A DNA stretch of 64,000 nt from the NCBI RefSeq assembly GCF_044324875.1, contig NZ_CP172186.1. One strand, given 5' to 3'. Both the position numbers and the translations under genes were made by a program. This document shows, one piece after another, positions 33,223 through 43,563 of this stretch. The notes under the pieces were generated by a model. It had not been told where the DNA came from. It was given only the letters and a program-made list of their open reading frames with translations, and ran no database searches. Numbering within the stretch: position 1 is the stretch's first letter; every line of letters starts with the position of its first letter. This DNA is from Escherichia coli (GTDB lineage Bacteria > Pseudomonadota > Gammaproteobacteria > Enterobacterales > Enterobacteriaceae).

Positions 33223-33899
33223 CAGTGGCTGCTCCCTTTTATTTCGCGGATAAGTGTCTGTAATAACGCCGGCGTCAGTTTACCTTTAAGCCTGAGAGTT
33301 CCGGCCGGCAGAACCAGCTCACAACACAGACTGTCGGACGGTGTATTTATCTGCTCTGGTTCCTGTGCGGGGGCCGGGATTTTATTATCCGGCTCCGGCG
33401 TTAACGTCACGGGAAGCAGTGCCGGCATATTTTTTCCGGAAGGCAGCAGGCCACCTTTCCGGTATTGATGGCGCCAGTTGAAGAGCAGGTTATCGTTGAT
33501 TCCGTTTTCCCGGGCGATCTGCGCCACACAGGCTCCGGGCTGCAGTGACTGCTCCACTAAGGCGATTTTAAACTCATAAGGGAAGTTGGGCCGCCGGGGA
33601 CGTTTTTTTACCACGGGGGCTTCGGATATAACGGTGCTTTCAGGACGTACGACTGGTACCGTGGAAAATTGTCCGTAAAGGCAGGCATCAAGTTCCTGCT
33701 CCGACATGCCTGCGGGCAAAGGCCACGAAAGGCCAGCTCTCCGAAAGCGCACGAACATACTACAAACTGTTGATTTTGGTACACCCAGGCGACGCCCGGC
33801 CACAACCCGGGGTAAATGTTCTTCAAAGTGAAGACGTAAAGCTTCAGTGATCCAGGTCCGGTGTTTCATACGATAGTGTCCATTAAAAATGATGGACAT
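33222..33899 (-). CDS. IS66-family TnpA (accessory protein, extended form)
   Basis: position and overlap with tnpB. Confidence 0.7.
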   Translation of the reverse strand: MSIIFNGHYRMKHRTWITEALRLHFEEHLPRVVAGRRLGVPKSTVCSMFVRFRRAGLSWPLPAGMSEQELDACLYGQFSTVPVVRPESTVISEAPVVKKRPRRPNFPYEFKIALVEQSLQPGACVAQIARENGINDNLLFNWRHQYRKGGLLPSGKNMPALLPVTLTPEPDNKIPAPAQEPEQINTPSDSLCCELVLPAGTLRLKGKLTPALLQTLIREIKGSSH

Positions 33900-33952
33900 T
33901 ATTTTTGTAGAGCCGGAGGAAACAGACCAGACGGTTTAAATGAGCCGGTTAC

Positions 33953-34699
33953 GTTTTTCCAGCTCTTACGGTGTATTACCTCCGCTTTGTAAAGGCCATT
34001 GATGCTCTCCGCCATCGCGTTGTCATACGAGTCACCAGTACTTCCTGTTGATGCCAGTAATCCGGCTTCCTTAAGCCGCTGTGTGTAGGCCAGCGATACA
34101 TACTGAGAACCTTTATCACTGTGATGGACTGTGCCGGACGGTCGACGGGCCCATAACGCCTGCTCCAGAGCATCCAGCACGAATGTCGTTTCCATAGACG
34201 ATGAGACCCGCCACCCCACGATGTATCCGGCAAACACATCAATGATGAACGCCACATAGACGACCCCCTGCCATGTGCTGACGTAAGTAAAATCAGCCAC
34301 CCACAACTGGTCAGGACGTTCTGCCACAAACTGACGGTTTACGCGGTCGCCTGCGGCAACGGCTTTCCGGCTGACGGTAGTGCGGACCTTTTTACCCCGG
34401 AGAACACCGGCAAGTCCCATAACCGCCATGAGGCGCGCCACTGTACATCTGGCTACCCTGATTCCTTCCCGTAACAACTGACGCCAGACTTTACGCACAC
34501 CGTATACCTGATGATTCCCATCGTATACGCGCAGTATCTCTTTCTTCAGCCAGTCATCGCGCTGCGCACGGGCACTGCGTTTATAAGGATGATGTCGCTG
34601 TTGCTGACAGTGGTAATACGTTGACGGGGCAATATGTAGTTCACTGCATACCGGTCCGACCCCGTACAGCTTACGCAGCTTATCCAGCAGTGGCATCAC
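33953..34699 (-). pseudogene. IS629-like OrfB truncated at C-terminus by IS66 insertion
   Basis: identical to copy A OrfB up to insertion point, then divergent tail. Confidence 0.8.
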
Positions 34700-35022
34700 T
34701 TTTTCCAGAGGCGGTCGAACTCCGCCTTCGCAAAATAAGCGGAAGCCTGGCGAAGGATATCGTTACTGCGGCGCAGTTCACGATTTTCACGTTCCAGCTC
34801 TTTCAGACGCTGACGTTCAGCGGTGGTGAGCCCGCCATCACCGCCTCCGGTATCCCGCTCATGCTGGCGTACCCAGACACGCAGAGTCTCCGGTGTACAG
34901 CCAATCTTTGGGGCAATGGAACAAATTGCCGCCCACTGTGAGTCATATTCGCCCTGACTTTCCAGAACCATACGAATCGCCCTCTGACGGACTTCGGGGG
35001 AAAAACGAGTATTTTTAGTCAT
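34696..35022 (-). CDS. IS629-like OrfA (copy B)
   Basis: identical to copy A OrfA. Confidence 0.85.
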   Translation of the reverse strand: MTKNTRFSPEVRQRAIRMVLESQGEYDSQWAAICSIAPKIGCTPETLRVWVRQHERDTGGGDGGLTTAERQRLKELERENRELRRSNDILRQASAYFAKAEFDRLWKK

Positions 35023-35190
35023 TCTGTTTACCTCTTTCTCAGGGAGTTTAGTCTCCAGGATTCCCGGGGCGGTTCAGTTTATGAAAACATATCATCATTC
35101 ATTCGAGATGTTTTTATACACTCTGAAGAAAATGATCTCATTCCTGATTTTCTTAATTCGACATTCGTTGACTGGGATGATGCAAAGTAC

Positions 35191-35658
35191 ATGACAGAAA
35201 GTATGAGCTTCGTACTGGAAGAAGTATCAGTTATCCTGAACAAAGAGAATACCGAAACAACAGAAATTTCTTATGATCAAAACCTGTATTCACTTCTGGC
35301 TCATCATAATCATATTACCCCTTGCTGGAATAATGTTATTTCTCTACTGAGTGAAGATGCGTCACTTGCTGGTGATACTTTTTGTAAGTGGCTTAATATT
35401 AATTATTCTTTATTGCCAAATGACTCGTTGCCTTTGACTGATGTTCAGTTCTCGCAATTACTTATTAAGGCTGTTACATCACCTCATATCAGTAAAGAAG
35501 CGTTAATAGCGATAACCATGGCATTTAGGATAACTCTTATTAATGTACCAGAAAACTTACCACTGAATAATGCTGCGGTACTAATCAAGCAAAAATGGCT
35601 GGCACCAACCAGTACTGTGTTTGAACAACTTGGTGATGCTGCCAACTTACTGATTTAG
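35191..35658 (+). pseudogene. hypothetical AT-rich gene whose 3' end runs into the IS1 terminal repeat (likely truncated)
   Basis: ORF terminates within IS1 IR (GGTGATGCTGCCAACTTACTGATTTAG). Confidence 0.3.
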
Positions 35659-35686
35659 TGTATGATGGTGTTTTTGAGGTGCTCCA

Positions 35687-35962
35687 GTGGCTTCTGTTTC
35701 TATCAGCTGTCCCTCCTGTTCAGCTACTGACGGGGTGGTGCGTAACGGCAAAAGCACCGCCGGACATCAGCGCTATCTCTGCTCTCACTGCCGTAAAACA
35801 TGGCAACTGCAGTTCACTTACACCGCTTCTCAACCCGGTACGCACCAGAAAATCATTGATATGGCCATGAATGGCGTTGGATGCCGGGCAACTGCCCGCA
35901 TTATGGGCGTTGGCCTCAACACGATTTTACGTCACTTAAAAAACTCAGGCCGCAGTCGGTAA
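35687..35962 (+). CDS. insA: IS1 InsA
   Basis: 91 aa, zinc-finger CPSC...CSHC. Confidence 0.9.
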
Positions 35963-36384
35963 CCTCGCGCATACAGCCGGGCAGTGACGTCATCGTCTGC
36001 GCGGAAATGGACGAACAGTGGGGCTATGTCGGGGCTAAATCGCGCCAGCGCTGGCTGTTTTACGCGTATGACAGGCTCCGGAAGACGGTTGTTGCGCACG
36101 TATTCTGTGAACGCACGATGGCGACGCTGGGGCGTCTTATGAGCCTGCTGTCACCCTTTGACGTGGTGATATGGATGACGGATGGCTGGCCGCTGTATGA
36201 ATCCCGCCTGAAGGGAAAGCTGCACGTAATCAGCAAGCGATATACGCAGCGAATTGAGCGGCATAACCTGAATCTGAGGCAGCACCTGGCACGGCTGGGA
36301 CGGAAGTCGCTGTCGTTCTCAAAATCGGTGGAGCTGCATGACAAAGTCATCGGGCATTATCTGAACATAAAACACTATCAATAA
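35881..36384 (+). CDS. insB: IS1 InsB (expressed as InsAB' by frameshift)
   Basis: 167-aa ORF overlapping insA in -1 frame. Confidence 0.9.
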
Positions 36385-36545
36385 GTTGGAGTCATTACCT
36401 AACAAGAGATAAAATCCCCTTCTATATGCTTTCAAAAAATAGTATAAATCGTTATTCTGATATGAGTGATTTTATTCAATCCAATAATGAAACAACTCCA
36501 GAAAAGGCATTTATTAAAGAAGTTATGGGAACAGGGGACTGACAC

Positions 36546-37109
36546 ATGGATATAATAGAAAAAAGAATCACAAAACGACACCTCAGTGAAAGTAAATTAT
36601 CAGGTGTAAATTATTACAATTGTATATTTGAACGAATACAGCTTGACAACTTTAACTTTCGCGATTGTGAGTTCGAAAAATGTCGCTTCGTAAACTGCTC
36701 AATAAAGAATTTAAAACTTAATTTTTTTAAACTTATTGACTGTGAATTCAAAGATTGTTTATTACAAGGAGTAAATGCAGCAGACATTATGTTTCCCTGT
36801 ACTTTTTCTCTTGTAAATTGTGATTTGAGATTTGTTGATTTTATTAGTTTACGGTTACAGAAATCTGTTTTTTTATCCAGTCGCTTCCGTGATTGTTTAT
36901 TTGAGGAAACAGACCTTCGTAAATCTGATTTTACTGGTTCGGAGTTTAATAATACAGAGTTCAGACATTCTGATTTGTCTCACTGTGATTTTTCAATGAC
37001 AGAAGGTCTCGATATAAATCCTGAGATAAACAGGATCTTATCTATAAAGATACCACAGGAAGCAGGTTTAAAAATACTTAAACGAATGGGAGTGGTTGTA
37101 GGGGGATGA
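36546..37109 (+). CDS. mcbG: pentapeptide-repeat protein, McbG/Qnr family (DNA-gyrase protection; microcin B17 immunity-like)
   Basis: 187 aa, tandem pentapeptide repeats (CEFEKCRFVNCSIKNLKLNFFKLIDCEFKDC...); size and N-terminus MDIIEKR as I recall for McbG; AT-rich. Confidence 0.6.
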   Translation: MDIIEKRITKRHLSESKLSGVNYYNCIFERIQLDNFNFRDCEFEKCRFVNCSIKNLKLNFFKLIDCEFKDCLLQGVNAADIMFPCTFSLVNCDLRFVDFISLRLQKSVFLSSRFRDCLFEETDLRKSDFTGSEFNNTEFRHSDLSHCDFSMTEGLDINPEINRILSIKIPQEAGLKILKRMGVVVGG

Positions 37110-37305
37110 GGTGAGTAGACCCGCCGGTTGCCCGGACGGGCCCCTCCTCAGAACCGGACCTGCGGAACTACCGCATCCGGCTCCCGACAGATCAGTGTCC
37201 CCACACATATTTCAGAAAGAATGGAACATTGACTGAGTTCTCCATCTCGATGGGTATCCCAGCATTTTGAGAATCAGATCCAGCTTTTCTCATGTCATTG
37301 GGTGT

Positions 37306-37561
37306 GGGGTTTGAAGCCCAATGGAGCGGAAACGTACGCTAAGAAGCTAACTATATGATTTTAAGTCAATAAAGTCGTGGCGTTGTTAGGCAGGTTTACG
37401 TTGATTTGATTACCGAGTTTATTAACACTGAAAGTCCCTGAAACCGCATGGCTACTGGCATTGACGGGAAGAGTAAACAAAACCCTCGTTTTCTTTACTC
37501 ACCTCTTCTGCTCAAAAAATGAACTTAGCGTACGATCTCGTACGGTTGGGCCTCAAACCCC
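37306..37561. mobile_element. miniature Tn3/Tn1000-like IR-only element (TIME/IS101-like) inserted in a resolvase gene
   Basis: GGGGTTTGAAGCCCAATGGAGCGGAAACGTACGCTAAG (37306-37343) and inverted GGGGTTTGAGGCCCAACCGTACGAGATCGTACGCTAAG (37524-37561). Confidence 0.5.
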
Positions 37562-37812
37562 TTGTATCAATAGATTCAGTCAATGATCGGAAAGCAATGC
37601 CACGAATTTTCAGGTCTTCAATAATTCGGAGCAAATGTGAGAGTGAACGACCAAGTCGATCCAGTTTCCAGACTATCAGTACATCACCTTCGCGAAGTTC
37701 AGCGAGACAGGACTTAAGTCCCGGGCGATTATCACGAGCACCTGAAGCATGATCCTGATGTAAATGCCGGGGATCCACTCCGGCAGCAATCAACGCATCA
37801 CGCTGTAAAGCA
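37562..37812 (-). pseudogene. serine resolvase (TnpR-like) fragment, N-terminus missing, C-terminus interrupted
   Basis: HQDHASGARDNRPGL...GDVLIVWKLDRLGRSLSHLLRIIEDL matches resolvase residues about 30-110. Confidence 0.6.
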
Positions 37813-38498
37813 ACGTAAGCGTCAACGGAGCACCGTATTGACGCTTATTTATTGGTGAGTACTACGTTCCATGGCAGGAGTTCGTCAACTCGGTTGGAAA
37901 GCCATTCCGGCAGTACGCTCAGAATATGGCGCAGATACGCTTCCGGATCGATACCGTTCAGACGGCAGGTGCCGATCAGCCCGTACAGCAGTGCACCACG
38001 CTCGCCGCCGTGATCGCTACCGAAGAACACGTAATTTTTCTTTCCGAGACAGACTGCACGAAGCGCTCTTTCCGCTGTGTTATTGTCCGCCTCCGCCAGA
38101 CCGTCATCACAGAAGTTGCACAACGCAACCCAGTGCTTCCTGATATACCGGAACGCATCTCTCAGACGGCATTTTTTCGATAACGTGTGTTCTTTCTCCT
38201 GCATCAGCTTATACAGGGAAGTCAGTAGCGGTTTACTCTGCATTTGCCTGACCGCCAGGCGTTCAGACACCGGCAACCCGCGTATTTCGTGCTCAATGGC
38301 GTACAGTTCGGGCATCAGGATTATGCCGCTTTCCTCACAGAGAGGAATTATCGTAGCATTCCCCGTAGTGATGCCATGTGGCAACTGGCTGTCCAGCTGG
38401 GAAATAGTGGATTTATCAGGCCGCCGAAACTTACTCACGCTGATACACGTATTCGTATAGAGCCCTTTTTTAACGCTGAAAATGAATACGACTGACAT
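37813..38498 (-). mobile_element. IS66-family remnant (terminal IR plus C-terminal 217 aa of TnpC)
   Basis: GTAAGCGTCAACGG end at 37813; ORF 37845-38498 matches TnpC C-terminus ([44 protein letters not shown]). Confidence 0.65.
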
Positions 38499-38539
38499 CG
38501 CAAAATAGTGGTAAGGCCGTCGGGGGCGGCCTTACTCCT

Positions 38540-38956
38540 TTATCCTGCCCAGTCTTCCAGTACCAGTCCAGGCACCCGCTCAAACTCTCTCACATTATTC
38601 GTCACCAGTATTGCCCCGGTGGCGATGGCGTGCCCGGCGATCGCCGTGTCGTTCGGACCGATCGGCGTGCCGGCGAGGCGCAGCGCCACCTTAACCTCCG
38701 TGGTTGCATCCACCGCAGCGCGATCCCAGGGCAGGATGGCATCGAGACGGGCGCAGAACGCGTCAACCAGCTGCACGTGGCGTGGCGATGCCTTTGGACC
38801 GGTGGCGCCGAAGCGCATCTCGGAGTAGGTGATGGCCGAGACCACTATACGGTGACCGCGCAGCACCGCCTGCTCCAGATTCTTAAGCACTGCTTCAGGC
38901 TGCTCGCGCATGATGAACGAGCAGATGTTCGTGTCGAGCATATAGATCTTGTTCAC
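38540..38956 (-). CDS. vapC: PIN-domain toxin VapC (VagD-like), copy 1
   Basis: MLDTNICSF PIN motif, 138 aa, coupled to upstream AbrB-type antitoxin. Confidence 0.85.
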   Translation of the reverse strand: MNKIYMLDTNICSFIMREQPEAVLKNLEQAVLRGHRIVVSAITYSEMRFGATGPKASPRHVQLVDAFCARLDAILPWDRAAVDATTEVKVALRLAGTPIGPNDTAIAGHAIATGAILVTNNVREFERVPGLVLEDWAG

Positions 38957-39183
38957 AGGTTAAATCGTCCTTCGTCGCAGACAACGTCCTCGCGTTCCGT
39001 CATAAAGCCCGGATCGGCCTTTTCTAGCTCCAGGAATGAGCTCCAGCTCGGGCGGAGGGGACGCAGAATGATTCTGTCCCCTTCCCGTACAATCTCCAGC
39101 TCACTCACCCCCTCAAAATCCAGATCGCGGGGCAGACGGATCGCGCGGTTATTGCCATTTTTGAAAATAGATACGGTTCTCAT
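38953..39183 (-). CDS. vapB: antitoxin VapB (VagC-like, AbrB/SpoVT fold), copy 1
   Basis: 76 aa, MRTVSIFKNGNNRAIRLPRDL. Confidence 0.85.
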   Translation of the reverse strand: MRTVSIFKNGNNRAIRLPRDLDFEGVSELEIVREGDRIILRPLRPSWSSFLELEKADPGFMTEREDVVCDEGRFNL

Positions 39184-39189
39184 GTCTTC

Positions 39190-39330
39190 CTCCTGGCAAG
39201 ATGGCTTTTATATATGTTTAGTATATGCAGATGTGATACATATGTATATGTTATAGATATGCAGATGTGTGAGATATGCGTATGCCTGTCATATGCAGAT
39301 GCCAAACATATGGATATGCATGGTATCTGC
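39190..39330. promoter_or_regulatory. vapBC promoter region with reiterated CATATG / ATATGCAGATG motifs (probable operator array)
   Basis: at least 6 spaced copies directly upstream of vapB; similar array upstream of vapB copy 2. Confidence 0.35.
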
Positions 39331-39708
39331 ATGTTTCTCTCTTTTTTCACCGGGATCCGAAAAATATCAGTCACGGATCTTCCTCTCCCCCACACAACAC
39401 CACCTCCTGTAAGTACAACATGTAGTACTTCCTTCGGCTGCTCATGACACTATATGTTGTGTTATTTCCCTGACTTGTGATGCGCCACGCAGGGGCGGAA
39501 AACAGCGATATGATGATTTCCTCATCGTGTAGACTGGCCCCCTGAATCTCCAGACAACCAGTATCACTTATTTAAGTGATAGTCTTAATACTAGTTTTTA
39601 GACTAGTCATTGGAGAGCAGATGATTGATGTCTTAGGGTAAGCGTACAGCCTGAACCGTCTGGTCAGAATCTGACGAATTAGACAAAGTGGTGTCCACCA
39701 AATAAGTA

Positions 39709-40110
39709 GTGGGAACCAAAGTGTCAGATATGCAGAAAAATGTGACTCCCGGCAGGCGAAAAGGCTGCCCTAATTATCCTCCCGAATTTAAACAGCAGCT
39801 CGTTGCTGCCTCCTGTGAACCCGGGATATCCATCTCAAAACTTGCTCTTGAAAATGGCATTAACGCCAATCTGTTGTTCAAATGGCGACAACAATGGCGC
39901 GAGGGAAAGCTGCTATTACCTTCTTCAGAGAGCCCCCAGCTACTTCCTGTGACTCTCGATGCAGCTGCCGAACAGCCAGAATCGCTCGCAGAGGACCCGG
40001 AAACCCTCAGTATCAGCTGTGAGGTAACGTTCCGGCACGGGACGCTCCGCTTCAATGGCAATGTCAGCGAAAAGCTCCTGACTCTGCTGATACAGGAACT
40101 GAAGCGATGA
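39709..40110 (+). CDS. IS66-family TnpA
   Basis: 133 aa, overlaps tnpB start. Confidence 0.8.
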   Translation: MGTKVSDMQKNVTPGRRKGCPNYPPEFKQQLVAASCEPGISISKLALENGINANLLFKWRQQWREGKLLLPSSESPQLLPVTLDAAAEQPESLAEDPETLSISCEVTFRHGTLRFNGNVSEKLLTLLIQELKR

Positions 40111-40454
40111 TCCCTTTACCTTCCGGGACCAAAATTTGGCTGGTTGCCGGTATCACCGATATGAGAAATGGCTTCAACGGCCTGGCTGCGAAAGTACAGA
40201 CGGCGCTGAAAGACGATCCCATGTCCGGCCATGTTTTCATTTTCCGGGGCCGCAGCGGCAGTCAGGTTAAACTGCTGTGGTCCACCGGTGACGGACTGTG
40301 CCTCCTGACCAAACGGCTGGAGCGTGGGCGCTTCGCCTGGCCGTCAGCCCGTGATGGCAAAGTGTTCCTTACACAGGCGCAGCTGGCGATGCTGCTGGAA
40401 GGTATCGACTGGCGACAGCCTAAGCGGCTGCTGACCTCCCTGACCATGCTGTAA
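40107..40454 (+). CDS. IS66-family TnpB
   Basis: 115 aa, [16 protein letters not shown]. Confidence 0.85.
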   Translation: MIPLPSGTKIWLVAGITDMRNGFNGLAAKVQTALKDDPMSGHVFIFRGRSGSQVKLLWSTGDGLCLLTKRLERGRFAWPSARDGKVFLTQAQLAMLLEGIDWRQPKRLLTSLTML

Positions 40455-40503
40455 ATCTCTTTATCCTGGTTGTCACAGAATAAGCCCGGTAAAATACGGG
40501 CTT

Positions 40504-42042
40504 ATGAACGACATCTCTTCTGACGACATCTTCCTGCTGAAACAGCGCCTGGCCGAACAGGAAGCGCTGATCCACGCCCTGCAGGAAAAGCTGAGCAACC
40601 GGGAGCGCGAAATAGACCATCTGCAGGCGCAGCTGGATAAACTCCGCCGGATGAACTTCGGCAGTCGTTCCGAAAAAGTCTCCCGCCGTATCGCACAAAT
40701 GGAAGCCGATCTGAACCAGCTTCAGAAAGAGAGCGATACGCTGACTGGTAGGGTGTATGACCCGGCAGTACAGCGTCCGTTGCGTCAGACCCGCATCCGT
40801 AAGCCGTTCCCTGAATCACTACCCCGTGACGAAAAGCGACTGTTGCCTGCGGCGCCGTGCTGCCCGAACTGCGGCGGTTCACTGAGCTATCTGGGCGAGG
40901 ATACCGCCGAACAGCTGGAGTTGATGCGTAGCGCCTTCCGGGTTATCCGGACGGTACGGGAAAAACATGCCTGTACTCAGTGCGATGCCATCGTGCAGGC
41001 ACCTGCACCTTCGCGGCCCATCGAGCGGGGTATCGCCGGACCGGGGCTGCTGGCCCGCGTGCTGACCTCGAAGTATGCAGAGCACACCCCGCTGTATCGC
41101 CAGTCAGAAATATACGGCCGGCAAGGTGTGGAGCTGAGCCGTTCACTGCTGTCGGGCTGGGTGGATGCATGCTGCCGGCTGCTGTCTCCGCTGGAAGAGG
41201 CGCTTCATGGCTATGTCATGACTGACGGCAAACTCCATGCCGATGATACCCCGGTCCAGGTACTGATGCCGGGTAATAAGAAGACGAAGACCGGGCGGTT
41301 GTGGGCGTATGTTCGTGATGACCGCAATGCCGGGTCAGCGTTGGCACCTGCAGTGTGGTTCGCTTACAGCCCGGACAGAAAAGGCATCCATCCGCAGACT
41401 CATCTTGCTTGCTTCAGCGGTGTGCTGCAAGCGGATGCGTACGCCGGGTTCAACGAGCTGTATCGCAATGGTGGGATAACGGAAGCTGCCTGCTGGGCTC
41501 ATGCCCGCCGAAAGATCCACGATGTGCACGTCCGCATCCCGTCAGCACTGACGGAAGAAGCCCTGGAGCAGATCGGTCAGTTGTACGCCATAGAGGCGGA
41601 TATAAGGGGAATGCCGGCAGAGCAGCGGCTTGCTGAACGTCAGCGAAAAACGAAACCGCTGTTGAAATCCCTGGAAAGCTGGTTGCGTGAAAAGATGAAG
41701 ACCCTGTCGCGACACTCAGAGTTGGCGAAGGCGTTCGCGTACGCACTTAACCAGTGGCCGGCACTGACGTACTATGCGAACGATGGCTGGGTGGAAATCG
41801 ACAACAACATCGCTGAAAATGCCCTGCGGGCGGTAAGTCTGGGTCGTAAAAACTTCCTGTTCTTCGGCTCTGGCCATGGTGGTGAGCGGGGAGCGCTACT
41901 GTACAGCCTGATAGGGACGTGCAAACTGAATGACGTGGATCCAGAAAGCTACCTTCGCCATGTGCTTGGCGTCATAGCAGACTGGCCGGTCAACCGGGTC
42001 AGCGAACTGCTTCCGTGGCGCATAGCACTGCCAGCTGAATAA
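40504..42042 (+). CDS. IS66-family transposase TnpC
   Basis: 512 aa, CPNCGG zinc motif, DDE region. Confidence 0.85.
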
Positions 42043-42393
42043 CACATCCCCGTCAATACGGCCCTCGCTGTACGCTTACGTCTTAGGACCGGAGAAACGC
42101 AGACGGCGTACCACACAGGAAAAGATCGCAATTGTTCAGCAGAGCTTTGAACCGGGGATGACGGTCTCCCTCGTTGCCCGGCAACATGGTGTAGCAGCCA
42201 GCCAGTTATTTCTCTGGCGTAAGCAATACCAGGAAGGAAGTCTTACTGCTGTCGCCGCCGGAGAACAGGTTGTTCCTGCCTCTGAACTTGCTGCCGCCAT
42301 GAAGCAGATTAAAGAACTCCAGCGCCTGCTCGGCAAGAAAACGATGGAAAATGAACTCCTCAAAGAAGCCGTTGAATATGGACGGGCAAAAAA

Positions 42394-43299
42394 GTGGATA
42401 GCGCACGCGCCCTTATTGCCCGGGGATGGGGAGTAAGCTTAGTCAGCCGTTGTCTCCGGGTGTCGCGTGCGCAGTTGCACGTCATTCTCAGACGAACCGA
42501 TGACTGGATGGATGGCCGCCGCAGTCGTCACACTGATGATACGGATGTGCTTCTCCGTATACACCATGTTATCGGAGAGCTGCCAACGTATGGTTATCGT
42601 CGGGTATGGGCGCTGCTTCGCAGACAGGCAGAACTTGATGGTATGCCTGCGATCAATGCCAAACGTGTTTACCGGATCATGCGCCAGAATGCGCTGTTGC
42701 TTGAGCGAAAACCTGCTGTACCGCCATCGAAACGGGCACATACAGGCAGAGTGGCTGTGAAAGAAAGTAATCAGCGATGGTGCTCTGACGGGTTCGAGTT
42801 CCGCTGTGATAACGGAGAAAAACTGCGAGTCACGTTCGCGCTGGACTGCTGTGACCGTGAGGCACTGCACTGGGCGGTCACTACGGGCGGCTTCAACAGT
42901 GAAACAGTACAGGACGTCATGCTGGGAGCGGTGGAACGCCGCTTCGGCAACGAGCTTCCGGCGTCTCCAGTAGAGTGGCTGACGGATAATGGTTCATGCT
43001 ACCGGGCTAATGAAACACGGCAGTTTGCCCGGATGTTGGGGCTTGAACCGAAGAGCACGGCGGTGCGGAGTCCGGAGAGTAACGGCATAGCAGAGAGCTT
43101 CGTGAAAACGATAAAGCGTGACTACATCAGTGTCATGCCCAAACCAGACGGGTTAACGGCAGCAAAGAACCTTGCAGAGGCGTTCGAGCATTATAACGAA
43201 TGGCATCCGCATAGTGCACTGGGTTATCGCTCGCCACGGGAATATCTACGGCAGCAAGCCAGTAATGGGTTAAGTGATAACAGGTGTCTGGAAATATAG
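42394..43299 (+). CDS. insD: IS2 InsD (orfB)
   Basis: 301 aa full-length IS2 OrfB. Confidence 0.85.
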
Positions 43300-43563
43300 G
43301 GGCAAATCCAAAAAATACTTAGGAATAATTTATGTAAAACAGGTTGTCGTCTTCATGATTTAAACGCAGTACATATATATACTCTATAATAAATACAGGG
43401 AGTATCACGAGACGTCTGGATAAGAGGAATAACCAGAATAAATTGGTAAGGAATAAAGACACTTATTTCTATTGAGAAAAAACATTTATCCTGATGTGAT
43501 TAGTATCAATGAAATAATGTGCTTGTATGGTTGATAAAAATGCATCACTAAAGAAAAAACAGT

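Larger units (their letters stand above)
31254..33952 (-). mobile_element. IS66-family element inserted in IS629 copy B with 8-bp target duplication GTTTTTCC
   Basis: ends GTAAGCG... / ...GGTTAC; TSD at 31246-31253 and 33953-33960; tnpA-tnpB-tnpC. Confidence 0.85.
31060..35076 (-). mobile_element. IS629/IS1203-like copy B, split by an IS66-family insertion
   Basis: right 194 bp at 31060-31253 and remainder at 33953-35076 match copy A; interrupted within orfB. Confidence 0.8.
35632..36399 (+). mobile_element. IS1 (768 bp)
   Basis: terminal IRs GGTGATGCTGCCAACTTACTGAT ... GTCATTACC; insA and insB. Confidence 0.9.
39638..42069 (+). mobile_element. IS66-family element (second, distinct member) with 8-bp target duplication GTCTTAGG
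   Basis: ends GTAAGCGTA ... TACGCTTAC; TSD at 39630-39637 and 42070-42077. Confidence 0.85.
39530..43310 (+). mobile_element. IS2 copy split by an IS66-family insertion in the first codons of insC
   Basis: IS2 left IR at 39530, right end ...GGGGCAAATCCA at 43310; IS2 sequence resumes at 42070. Confidence 0.85.

Noticed and set aside
35080..35194. Short ORF immediately after IS629 copy B end possibly continuing 35191 ORF
   Set aside because: Different reading frame and terminates before 35191; no support for a longer fused gene.
36546..37109. Pentapeptide protein as plasmid Qnr quinolone-resistance determinant
   Set aside because: Length (187 aa) is shorter than Qnr proteins (about 214-226 aa) and the N-terminus fits McbG better; kept as McbG/Qnr family only.
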